Below, piece by piece: positions 1-6,496 of a DNA stretch of 8,557 nt. The position numbers and the translations under genes were made by a program. Within the stretch, counting starts at the first letter, position 1. Each line of letters starts with the position of its first letter. The DNA comes from Candidatus Iainarchaeum sp. (GTDB taxonomy: Archaea; Iainarchaeota; Iainarchaeia; Iainarchaeales; CSSED10-239), in NCBI GenBank assembly GCA_003559395.1, contig PWLL01000001.1, positions 1-8,557 on the forward strand, written 5' to 3'. The notes below the pieces were generated by a model. The model was not told the DNA's origin, made no database searches, and saw nothing but the letters and a program-made list of their open reading frames with translations.

Positions 1-1
1 A

Positions 2-58
2 GCTTTAACAGAACAAGAAATCGAACAATTATATAATCAAGGAACAAAACCTAGTTGA
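2..58 (+). CDS. Possible 3' end of an upstream CDS of unknown product, truncated by the window edge
   Basis: The frame starting at base 2 reads ALTEQEIEQLYNQGTKPS and stops at TGA 56-58. An AT-rich spacer follows. The fragment is too short to identify or to prove that it is coding. Confidence 0.25.
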   Translation, partial: ALTEQEIEQLYNQGTKPS

Positions 59-254
59 TTTATAAACTTGTTGTTTATTTTAAAAAACAAAAAGCTTTTA
101 ATATATTTGGTTGCAGTATATATATATAAACAAAAGAAATTTGCTTTTTATTTACAAATAAAAGTATACGATTTTTATATGACTTTTAAAAACAATTATT
201 TTTATTCTAGACGTGCAAATAAGCGTCTTTTTTTAGAAACTAAATGGTGAAATA

Positions 255-929
255 ATGATAAAAGAAAACGACATTCTAGAGATTGACTTGATTGTTAAAG
301 ACAACAACACAAAAGAAGTTTTAGATACAACTCTAGAAGAAATAGCAAAACAAAAAAACATATATTCAGAAAAAATAAACTACTCTCCTTTAAAAGTCGT
401 AGTAGGTAAAGGAGAACTACTTGAAAATGTTGAAAAAAACATAAAAGCTTTAGAAAAAGGACAAAAAAAAACTTTTTCCTTAAAAAAAGAAGAAGCCTTT
501 GGAGATAAAGATTCAAAAAAAACTAAACTAATGCCAATGTCTGATTTTAAAAAAGAAAATATTAGACCTGTTCCTGGACTACATATAAACTTTGGAAACA
601 CAACAGGTAAAATAATAAGTGTCTCAGGTGGCAGAGTGATGGTTGATTTTAATCATGAATTTTGTGGAAAAGATCTAGAATATACAATAGAAATAAAAAA
701 CATTTTCTCAAAAGATGAAGAAAAAATAACAGGACTTATTGAAAAATTCTTTTATTTTGTTCCAAAAGACAAAATAGAAAAAAAGATAACAGAAAAACAA
801 GTAGAACTGATGCTTCCTCCTGGACTGCCAAAAGAAACAGATTATCTAAAAAATATGTTTTCTAAATTTGTTTTTGATTTAACAGATTATGAAGAAGTAA
901 AATACTCAGAAGTTTTTAAAAAAAAATAA
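255..929 (+). CDS. FKBP-type peptidyl-prolyl cis-trans isomerase, archaeal long type with an inserted flap and a C-terminal extension
   Basis: This is a 224-aa ORF with its ATG at 255, preceded by GGTGA at 246-250 (Shine-Dalgarno-like). The translation shows FKBP/SlyD-family hallmarks: VVVGKGELLENVEKNIKALEKGQKKTF, then an inserted segment, then GGRVMVDFNHEFCGKDLEYTIEI (family pattern VDxNHPLAGKxL). The length and C-terminal tail resemble the roughly 26 kDa archaeal FKBPs. Confidence 0.85.
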   Translation: MIKENDILEIDLIVKDNNTKEVLDTTLEEIAKQKNIYSEKINYSPLKVVVGKGELLENVEKNIKALEKGQKKTFSLKKEEAFGDKDSKKTKLMPMSDFKKENIRPVPGLHINFGNTTGKIISVSGGRVMVDFNHEFCGKDLEYTIEIKNIFSKDEEKITGLIEKFFYFVPKDKIEKKITEKQVELMLPPGLPKETDYLKNMFSKFVFDLTDYEEVKYSEVFKKK

Positions 930-944
930 AAAAGGTGTGTTTAT

Positions 945-1550
945 TTGAATAAATATAAGACAGGAACAACAACCATTGGAATTGTTGCAAAAGACTCTAT
1001 TGTTTTAGCAGCAGATATGCAAGCAACAATGGGACATATTGCCTCAAATTCTGATATGGCTAAAATATATAATATTAACGACCATCTTGCAGTAACTGTT
1101 GCAGGATCTGTTGGAGATGCGTTGGTGCTTGTTAGATTTTTAAGAGTGCAAGCTAACCTATACGAGCTAGAACATAAAAGACCAATGAATGCAAGAGCGT
1201 GTGCAACTTTACTATCAAACATTCTTAACGCAAATAGAATGGTACCTTTTTTTACTCAATTTATTCTTGCAGGATCAGTTGGTGGATTTTGTTTATTTAA
1301 TCTTGATATAGCTGGAGGCGTTGTTGAAGAAAAAAACTTTTCTTTTACTGGTTCTGGTTCAGAACTTGCATTAAGTGTTCTTGATAAATATTATAAACCA
1401 ACAATTACTACTAAAGAAGCAATAAAACTAGCAAAAGAAGCAATAACAGCTGCAAAAAAAAGAGATGTCTACACTGGTGGACAAGGAATTAAGATTATTG
1501 TTATTAAAAAAGACGGAATTGAAGAACTACCAATAACAAAATATAATTAA
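945..1550 (+). CDS. psmB: Proteasome subunit beta (20S core, Ntn-hydrolase)
   Basis: This is a 201-aa ORF with a TTG start at 945, preceded by GGTG at 934-937. The N-terminus MNKYKTG/TTTIGIV carries the Gly-Thr processing site, which would expose the catalytic Thr (codon 8, 966-968). The family-typical segments LAADMQAT, HLAVTVAGSVGDA and FTGSGSELA are present. Confidence 0.92.
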   Translation: MNKYKTGTTTIGIVAKDSIVLAADMQATMGHIASNSDMAKIYNINDHLAVTVAGSVGDALVLVRFLRVQANLYELEHKRPMNARACATLLSNILNANRMVPFFTQFILAGSVGGFCLFNLDIAGGVVEEKNFSFTGSGSELALSVLDKYYKPTITTKEAIKLAKEAITAAKKRDVYTGGQGIKIIVIKKDGIEELPITKYN

Positions 1551-1645
1551 TTTATATAAAACTCCTACTTTTAGTATAAATACGAATAAAATGATAGAAC
1601 AAGTAAAATAGTTTAATATCATAAAAATTTTTAATGTGATTATTC

Positions 1646-2176
1646 ATGGAACTAGAAAAATTTACAAAGATAAAAGAAGAAATAGCAGAATATCTTTCTT
1701 CAAAAAAAATAGACTTTTCAAAAATTGAACCAGAAGGACCTGAGATAGGAATATATACAAATAACCCTATTATCTTTTTTGAAGACAAAACAATTGTAAG
1801 TAATCTTGCAGAAAAACTAAGAAAAAGAATAAATATAAGATCTGAAAAAACAATCTTGTTAGATGTTGCAGAAGCCCTGAAGATTTTAAAAGAAATTGTT
1901 CCAGAAGAAGCAGATGTGAAAAACATCTTCTTTGATACAAGCTTTAGCGAAGTAGTGATTGAAGCAATAAAGCCTGGAGTGGTTATTGGAAAGATGGGCA
2001 GTGTTTCTAAAGAGATTATAAAACAAACAGGTTGGATACCAAGAATAATAAGAGCACCAACCGAAAATTCAGAAGTGCTTAAAAAAATAAGAAGTATTTT
2101 GTTTAAAAATAGTTCAGATAGAAAAAACTTTTTAAAAGATGTTGCAAAAACAATATATAGCCCACCAATAAATTAA
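1646..2176 (+). CDS. fttA: aCPSF1/FttA (archaeal CPSF73-like beta-CASP ribonuclease), N-terminal KH-domain portion ending at an in-frame TAA
   Basis: The ORF encodes 176 aa. It contains the KH GxxG motif (VVIGKMGSVSKEIIKQTGW) and the N-terminal KH-like region typical of aCPSF1. It stops at TAA 2174-2176, but the same reading frame continues directly into the metallo-beta-lactamase domain (next feature). Confidence 0.85.
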   Translation: MELEKFTKIKEEIAEYLSSKKIDFSKIEPEGPEIGIYTNNPIIFFEDKTIVSNLAEKLRKRINIRSEKTILLDVAEALKILKEIVPEEADVKNIFFDTSFSEVVIEAIKPGVVIGKMGSVSKEIIKQTGWIPRIIRAPTENSEVLKKIRSILFKNSSDRKNFLKDVAKTIYSPPIN

Positions 2177-3541
2177 AACGATTGGATAAGAGTAAGTGCT
2201 TTAGGTGGGTTTAGAGAAGTTGGAAGAAGTTGTATTCTTTTAGAAACACCAGATACAAAGATATTATTAGATTGTGGAATAAATCCTGCAAACAATAACG
2301 AAGCCTATCCTTATTTTGGAATTTTAAGGTTTCCTTTAGATGAACTTGATGCAGTAATAATTACTCACGCACATATTGACCATAGTGGATTTTTACCATT
2401 TTTATATAAGGCAGGATATAAAGGACCTGTCTATTGTACAGAACCCACAAGAGATTTAATGGCTTTGTTACATTTTGATCTTATTAATGTCTATACTATG
2501 AATGGCAAAGAACCACCATATATAGAAGAACACGTAAAAGAAGTAATAAAACATTCTATAACAAGAAACTATAGAGAAGTAACCGATATTGCCCCAGGCA
2601 TAAGACTAACCTTTCATGATGCAGCGCACATCTTAGGTTCAGCATCCGCACACCTTCATATTGGTGAAGGTAAACAAAATCTTGTTTATACAGGGGATAT
2701 TAAATATGGTTTTACAAGACTTTTTAACAATATGGATGTCAAATATCCAAGACTTGAATCTTTGATCATGGAAAGCACATACGCTGGTAAACCACAAATG
2801 CCATCTAGAATGAAATCTGAACAACACCTTGTTGAGATGATAAACAAAACAGTAGAAGAAGGCGGAAACTGTTTGATACCTGTTTTTTCTGTAGGTCGTG
2901 CACAAGAAGTTATGTTAACTTTAGAAGAATATAAAAGACATGGCAAACTAAAAGTAGACCATGTTTATCTAGACGGAATGACAAGACAAGCTTCTGCAAT
3001 ACACACAGTTTATCCAGAATATTTAAAAAGAAACATAAAAACAAGAGTTTTGCAAAATAACTCACCGTTTTTGTCTGAGCTTTTTACAACCATAGACAGT
3101 AGTGCAAAAAGAGAAGAAGTTTTAAAATCTAAAGGCTCTGTTATTTTGGCGTCTTCAGGAATGCTTGAAGGAGGTGCCTCTTTAAAATATTTTTATGAGT
3201 TTGCACCTAATGAAAAAAACAAAGTAATTATTGTTGGATATCAAGCAAGAGGTAGTCTAGGTTATAAACTACAAAAAGGTTTAAAATCAATGCCAATTGC
3301 AAACGAAGATGGAAGAACAAAGTTACTAGACATAAACTGTTCTGTAGAAACAATTGATGCCTTTAGTGGCCACGCTTATAGATCAGAGTTATTAAACTTT
3401 TTAGCAAATCTTAGACCAAGACCAAAAACAGTTCTTCTAAATCACGGAGATTCGTGTGTAGAATTTGCTAACCAAATTTCCAAAAAACATCATATAAACG
3501 CAACCTCTATACAAAATCTTGAAAGTATAAGATTAAGATAG
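2177..3541 (+). CDS. fttA: aCPSF1/FttA, metallo-beta-lactamase plus beta-CASP catalytic portion in the same frame as 1646-2176; the ORF track shows only the ATG-limited part 2459-3541
   Basis: The frame is open from 2177 and reads NDWIRVSALGGFREVGRSCILLETPDTKILLDCGIN...VIITHAHIDHSGFLP, with HxHxDH at 2366-2383. Further motifs are HDAAHILGSA, YTGD, ESTYAG (beta-CASP motif A), FSGHAY (motif B) and LNHGD (motif C). The stop is TAG at 3539-3541. I read every codon from 2177 to 2458 and found no in-frame ATG, GTG or TTG. A product starting at ATG 2459 would therefore lack the metal-binding motifs 1 and 2. Confidence 0.85.
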   Translation, partial: NDWIRVSALGGFREVGRSCILLETPDTKILLDCGINPANNNEAYPYFGILRFPLDELDAVIITHAHIDHSGFLPFLYKAGYKGPVYCTEPTRDLMALLHFDLINVYTMNGKEPPYIEEHVKEVIKHSITRNYREVTDIAPGIRLTFHDAAHILGSASAHLHIGEGKQNLVYTGDIKYGFTRLFNNMDVKYPRLESLIMESTYAGKPQMPSRMKSEQHLVEMINKTVEEGGNCLIPVFSVGRAQEVMLTLEEYKRHGKLKVDHVYLDGMTRQASAIHTVYPEYLKRNIKTRVLQNNSPFLSELFTTIDSSAKREEVLKSKGSVILASSGMLEGGASLKYFYEFAPNEKNKVIIVGYQARGSLGYKLQKGLKSMPIANEDGRTKLLDINCSVETIDAFSGHAYRSELLNFLANLRPRPKTVLLNHGDSCVEFANQISKKHHINATSIQNLESIRLR

Positions 3542-3548
3542 ATTCTTT

Positions 3549-4025
3549 ATGTATTTGTTGATTACAGGAGTGCCTGGCACAGGAAAAACAACCATCGCTA
3601 AAGAGCTTAATAAAAAGTTTATAGTTGTTAATGATAGAAACTTTTGTATTGAACAAAAACTAGGACGCGAAAACTCTTCAAAAGAACAAGAAATATCAAT
3701 CCCTGACTTATCAAAAGCAACCTTAAATCTAATAAACTCTAAAAAAAATCTTATCTTTGAAGGGCATCTTTGGGCAGAACTTCCAAAATCAATTCTTAAA
3801 AAAATGGATTTTGTTTTTGTTTTAGTTGCATCAAAAACAGCAATTAGAAAAAGACTAAAAAAAAGAAAATATCCAGAGTTAAAGATTATAGAAAACGTTT
3901 TTTCTCAAGAAACAAGGTATATAGAAAACCTTCTTGAACAAAAAAAAGTTTTTTTTTATAAAATAAACGTAAACAATAATCTTAAAGCAAACTTAGAGAA
4001 AATAAAAAAGCATATAAATTTTTAG
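3549..4025 (+). CDS. Fap7/AK6-like P-loop nucleotide kinase (annotated in archaea as putative adenylate kinase; small-subunit rRNA maturation factor family)
   Basis: This is a 158-aa ORF that starts 7 nt after the aCPSF1 stop. It has the Walker A motif ITGVPGTGKTT, then IFEGHL, then VFVLVASKTAIRKRLKKRKYPELKIIENVFSQE. The last segment matches the Fap7/AK6 pattern VLRxxPxxLxxRLxxRGYxxxKixENxxaE. Confidence 0.75.
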   Translation: MYLLITGVPGTGKTTIAKELNKKFIVVNDRNFCIEQKLGRENSSKEQEISIPDLSKATLNLINSKKNLIFEGHLWAELPKSILKKMDFVFVLVASKTAIRKRLKKRKYPELKIIENVFSQETRYIENLLEQKKVFFYKINVNNNLKANLEKIKKHINF

Positions 4026-4050
4026 TATGCTAATATATATGTGAGAACAT

Positions 4051-4779
4051 ATGATGAAACCATTATCCACTGCAAAAGTTAGAAGCGTAAGAGAAATAAA
4101 GAAAAAAGCAAAGATGAAAAAGATAAATAAGCTTATAACAACTATCGTTGTTGTTGTTCTTTTATTGTTGATTGTTTTTTTTTCTACAAAAACTTTTTTT
4201 CTTGAAGATTTTAGTTTTTCTGAATTGTTTTCTTCTGATCAAGAGTTTAGAGAAACAGAAGCAGGAATTACGTTTGTTTCTAAAAACTTTGCAATAACAG
4301 ACGCGATAACATCTTTAGAAAAAGATCAAAATATATCTGTTTTTTATAGTGTACCGTATGACAATCCAGAATACATGTCCACGATACCAGATTTGTTTTA
4401 CATCTATCCTTCAGTTTTTTCTGCAAAAGGAAAGACAACCACTTTGATTATTGGCATTTTAGATGAACAAAACAATCTTATAAATTGTTTTTCAAATCTA
4501 GGAGACCCACAGAAAAATGAAGAACTCACTTATGAAGAATGTGATGAATTAATAAATAAAGAACAAACTCTAATCTATATTAGACATCCAGAAGACAGAG
4601 AAAAAACAGAAGTCTATTTTTCAGTTGAAGAAAAGATGATCACAATTGTTCCAAAAAATATAGAAGACCTACACATTGCAACTTTTCTTTTGCTTGAAGC
4701 CATGTATGAGGATTTTGAAAATATTATGCAAAAGATAAGAGAATTTAGTATAGATCAAGATATTGATTATATTAATTAA
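4051..4779 (+). CDS. Hypothetical membrane-anchored protein (N-terminal basic tail, one TM helix, acidic roughly 190-aa extracytoplasmic domain)
   Basis: This is a 242-aa ORF. It has a hydrophobic stretch LITTIVVVVLLLLIVFF after a Lys/Arg-rich N-terminus. The rest is acidic, and I recognise no family motif. The start is ambiguous among ATG 4051, ATG 4054 and the internal Met at codon 22, just before the TM helix. The stop is TAA at 4777-4779. Confidence 0.6.
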   Translation: MMKPLSTAKVRSVREIKKKAKMKKINKLITTIVVVVLLLLIVFFSTKTFFLEDFSFSELFSSDQEFRETEAGITFVSKNFAITDAITSLEKDQNISVFYSVPYDNPEYMSTIPDLFYIYPSVFSAKGKTTTLIIGILDEQNNLINCFSNLGDPQKNEELTYEECDELINKEQTLIYIRHPEDREKTEVYFSVEEKMITIVPKNIEDLHIATFLLLEAMYEDFENIMQKIREFSIDQDIDYIN

Positions 4780-5755
4780 TCTGATCTATCTTTAGTTCTT
4801 TTTCTTTATTTATTATTATTTTTGCTTCGTTTATAGTTATTAAAGGTTTAGCGTAGTTTTTATAGTCATCATAAGTTATTCTTGGACACGCAGTGTTAAT
4901 AAAACAATCTACTTTTATTCCTAACAAAGAATCGTTTTTAATTTCTTCACAAATGAAGAAATATGCTTTTTTATTTGATCTTAATAATAGGTCATGTATC
5001 TTTTTTGCAGAAGATAATCTTTCTTGCCCTTTTTTAGTAGAAATAATAATTCCAAAAGACTTTGCGTTTTTTAAAGAACTAATAACACCATATCTTTGTC
5101 TTATAAACAATTCGTTTTTATTGATTGTTTGGTTTGTTTTTGTTATGGGGTTAATAACAAGTATTTCTTTATTATATTTTAGAAAAAGGTTTTTAGCATG
5201 AAAAACACCATCTCCAACAAAGACAAAAGGTGTTTTTTGATTAACGACCGTAGAACAATCACATCCTAACACCATGTGTTTTTCTGCACGTTCTGTTTTT
5301 TGCATTGTTTCTAAAGAAATATTTTTTTCTTTAAGTTTTTTTTTAATGTTTTTTATATTTTTTAAATATTGTGCGGTTGTTAGAAGGTTTATTTTTTGAT
5401 TTGGGTAGTTGTTTGTAATTGTTTCTACGATATAATTTATTTCTTGATCTTTAAGTGTATATTCTAAAGGTATAAAATAAGTTTTTAGTTTATGTTTTTT
5501 TCCCATTGGAAAATGTCCAAAATGAATCAGTGTTTTACATTCAAGATCTTTGGCTTGTGTATCTTTAAGATCACACGCACCATAACAAGGATCAACAAAC
5601 AAAAAAGGGTTATATTCTTTTAAAAGATCAAGAATGTAGGTTGTTTTTGTTTTAAGACCTTCTGGAATCTGGATTGCTAAAGGGTTATCTTTTTTAGTTA
5701 GTTTTTTCTTAAGAGAAGATATTTCTTTTTTAAGAATTGTTTCAAGATTTTTCAT
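4772..5755 (-). CDS. dph2: Diphthamide biosynthesis protein Dph2 (2-(3-amino-3-carboxypropyl)histidine synthase, radical-SAM-like [4Fe-4S] enzyme)
   Basis: This is a 327-aa ORF. It contains IQIPEGLK, VDPCYGACD, VLGCDCSTV and INTACPRI, which provide the three spaced Cys positions characteristic of archaeal Dph2 cluster ligation. The length is typical for archaeal Dph2. Confidence 0.88.
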   Translation of the reverse strand: MKNLETILKKEISSLKKKLTKKDNPLAIQIPEGLKTKTTYILDLLKEYNPFLFVDPCYGACDLKDTQAKDLECKTLIHFGHFPMGKKHKLKTYFIPLEYTLKDQEINYIVETITNNYPNQKINLLTTAQYLKNIKNIKKKLKEKNISLETMQKTERAEKHMVLGCDCSTVVNQKTPFVFVGDGVFHAKNLFLKYNKEILVINPITKTNQTINKNELFIRQRYGVISSLKNAKSFGIIISTKKGQERLSSAKKIHDLLLRSNKKAYFFICEEIKNDSLLGIKVDCFINTACPRITYDDYKNYAKPLITINEAKIIINKEKELKIDQIN

Positions 5756-6383
5756 CAGACATCATTTTTTTATGTTTTTTTCTTTTTGTGCGAATCATAT
5801 GAAATAAAAAATAACTCAATATCTTAGTTCCTACAAAAAAAGAGCCACCTATAATCACTTTTTGTTGTCTTTTTTTTTCTCTTTCTTCAAGAATCTTTGA
5901 GGCTTCTTTTTTTTCTTCAGCACTAAGTAGGTTATAAAACTGACTAAAAGACAAATTTGATTTGATTTCTTCAAGGTTTCTTTGTTTTGATACTCGTTTA
6001 ATTATTTTTTCTTTTAGGTTATTTAGTTTTGTTTTTTGTGTTGTTGTTAAAACACTATAGAGTTTTTTTGTGTTTTTTGCATCTATTTTTAAAAACTCAA
6101 TTTTTCTTTTATAAGGATTCCAGAAAAAAAGCTCGTTGTTTTTGGTTTTTTGATTTAGCGATCTAATTTCTTCAGAAATCTTTTGGTTAATGTTTGTGTT
6201 TCTAGCATTAAAAACATTTTCTATTTTTATTTGAGAGTTATTAAGCATTTTTTTTTGTTCTATAGTTAGTCCTTTCATTGTGGTTATAGTTAATAAAGTT
6301 CCTAACCCAACGGTTGCTATTTTTTTATAAACTTCTTTTTTTTTAAAGGATGATTTTAAGGGTTTTCTTTTTGTTGGAATCAT
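5742..6383 (-). CDS. Hypothetical Lys-rich protein with predicted N- and C-terminal hydrophobic segments, translationally coupled to dph2
   Basis: This is a 213-aa ORF. It has hydrophobic stretches IATVGLGTLLTITTM and VIIGGSFFVGTKILSYFLF flanking a highly charged, probably helical middle. Its TGA stop (5742-5744) lies 14 nt inside the dph2 start region (ATG at 5755-5753). I recognise no family motif. Confidence 0.55.
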   Translation of the reverse strand: MIPTKRKPLKSSFKKKEVYKKIATVGLGTLLTITTMKGLTIEQKKMLNNSQIKIENVFNARNTNINQKISEEIRSLNQKTKNNELFFWNPYKRKIEFLKIDAKNTKKLYSVLTTTQKTKLNNLKEKIIKRVSKQRNLEEIKSNLSFSQFYNLLSAEEKKEASKILEEREKKRQQKVIIGGSFFVGTKILSYFLFHMIRTKRKKHKKMMSDEKS

Positions 6384-6496
6384 ATGTTAACATCTTTTAT
6401 TTTTTTTAAAAAACAACATATTATAAATATAAATATCTATATATATTTATAGAGATAGAAGATTTATAATTACTTTTGTTTTAGATGTGATATTTT
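6384..6496. promoter_or_regulatory. Divergent promoter spacer between the Lys-rich orphan/dph2 operon (-) and cca (+)
   Basis: This 113-nt spacer is almost pure A/T and contains several archaeal TATA-box-like elements. TTTATAGA (6446-6453) and TTTATAAT (6463-6470) face cca. TTTATATTTATAAT, read on the minus strand (about 6421-6434), faces the orphan gene. GTGA at 6487-6490 precedes the cca ATG. No transcription start data are available. Confidence 0.35.

Noticed and set aside
68-250. 60-aa ORF with a TTG start in the first intergenic region
   Set aside because: The translation is low-complexity and A/T-driven (Lys/Phe/Tyr/Ile). It has no SD and no recognisable motif. It lies where the FKBP promoter and 5' UTR are expected, so it is most likely non-coding.
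295-601. Two 73-aa minus-strand ORFs antisense to the FKBP gene
   Set aside because: They lie entirely inside a confidently identified CDS. Their Leu/Phe-rich translations are typical of the antisense of Lys/Glu-rich A-rich coding sequence.
455-930. Long homopolymer A runs (for example around 462-470 and 918-926) as possible frameshift or slippage sites
   Set aside because: The FKBP reading frame stays intact through all of them, and the protein aligns with family motifs on both sides. Such runs are expected from Lys (AAA) codon bias.
941-1222. 93-aa minus-strand ORF antisense to psmB
   Set aside because: It overlaps the conserved proteasome beta coding sequence, and its translation has no motif. 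It is a shadow ORF.
1551-1645. Possible small RNA (C/D box-like ATGATAG) in the psmB/aCPSF1 spacer; a similar ATGATGT occurs near 8005-8011
   Set aside because: There is no matching D box (CTGA), no terminal stem and no C'/D' arrangement. In sequence this A/T-rich, a partial C-box match is expected by chance.
1552-1926. 124-aa minus-strand ORF overlapping the start of aCPSF1
   Set aside because: It is antisense to the KH-domain coding region plus the promoter spacer. Its Phe/Ile/Ser-rich composition is low-complexity, and nothing supports it.
2174-2176. Genome-wide reassignment of TAA to a sense codon as the explanation for the aCPSF1 interruption
   Set aside because: TAA terminates the FKBP, psmB, 4051-4779, dph2, cca and Zn-ribbon ORFs at sensible lengths. 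No other in-frame TAA interrupts a recognisable gene in this window. A global code change is therefore not supported, and only a local event remains plausible.
2639-2946. Two minus-strand ORFs (88 and 86 aa) inside the aCPSF1 catalytic domain
   Set aside because: They are shadow ORFs opposite strongly conserved MBL/beta-CASP motifs.
4893-5201. 102-aa plus-strand ORF inside dph2
   Set aside because: It is antisense to the well-supported Dph2 CDS, and its hydrophobic low-complexity translation is uninformative.
6436-6453. Inverted repeat TCTATA-N6-TATAGA in the divergent promoter spacer
   Set aside because: The arms are only 6 bp and made of TA-rich sequence that overlaps TATA-box-like elements. 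It cannot be distinguished from chance at this base composition.
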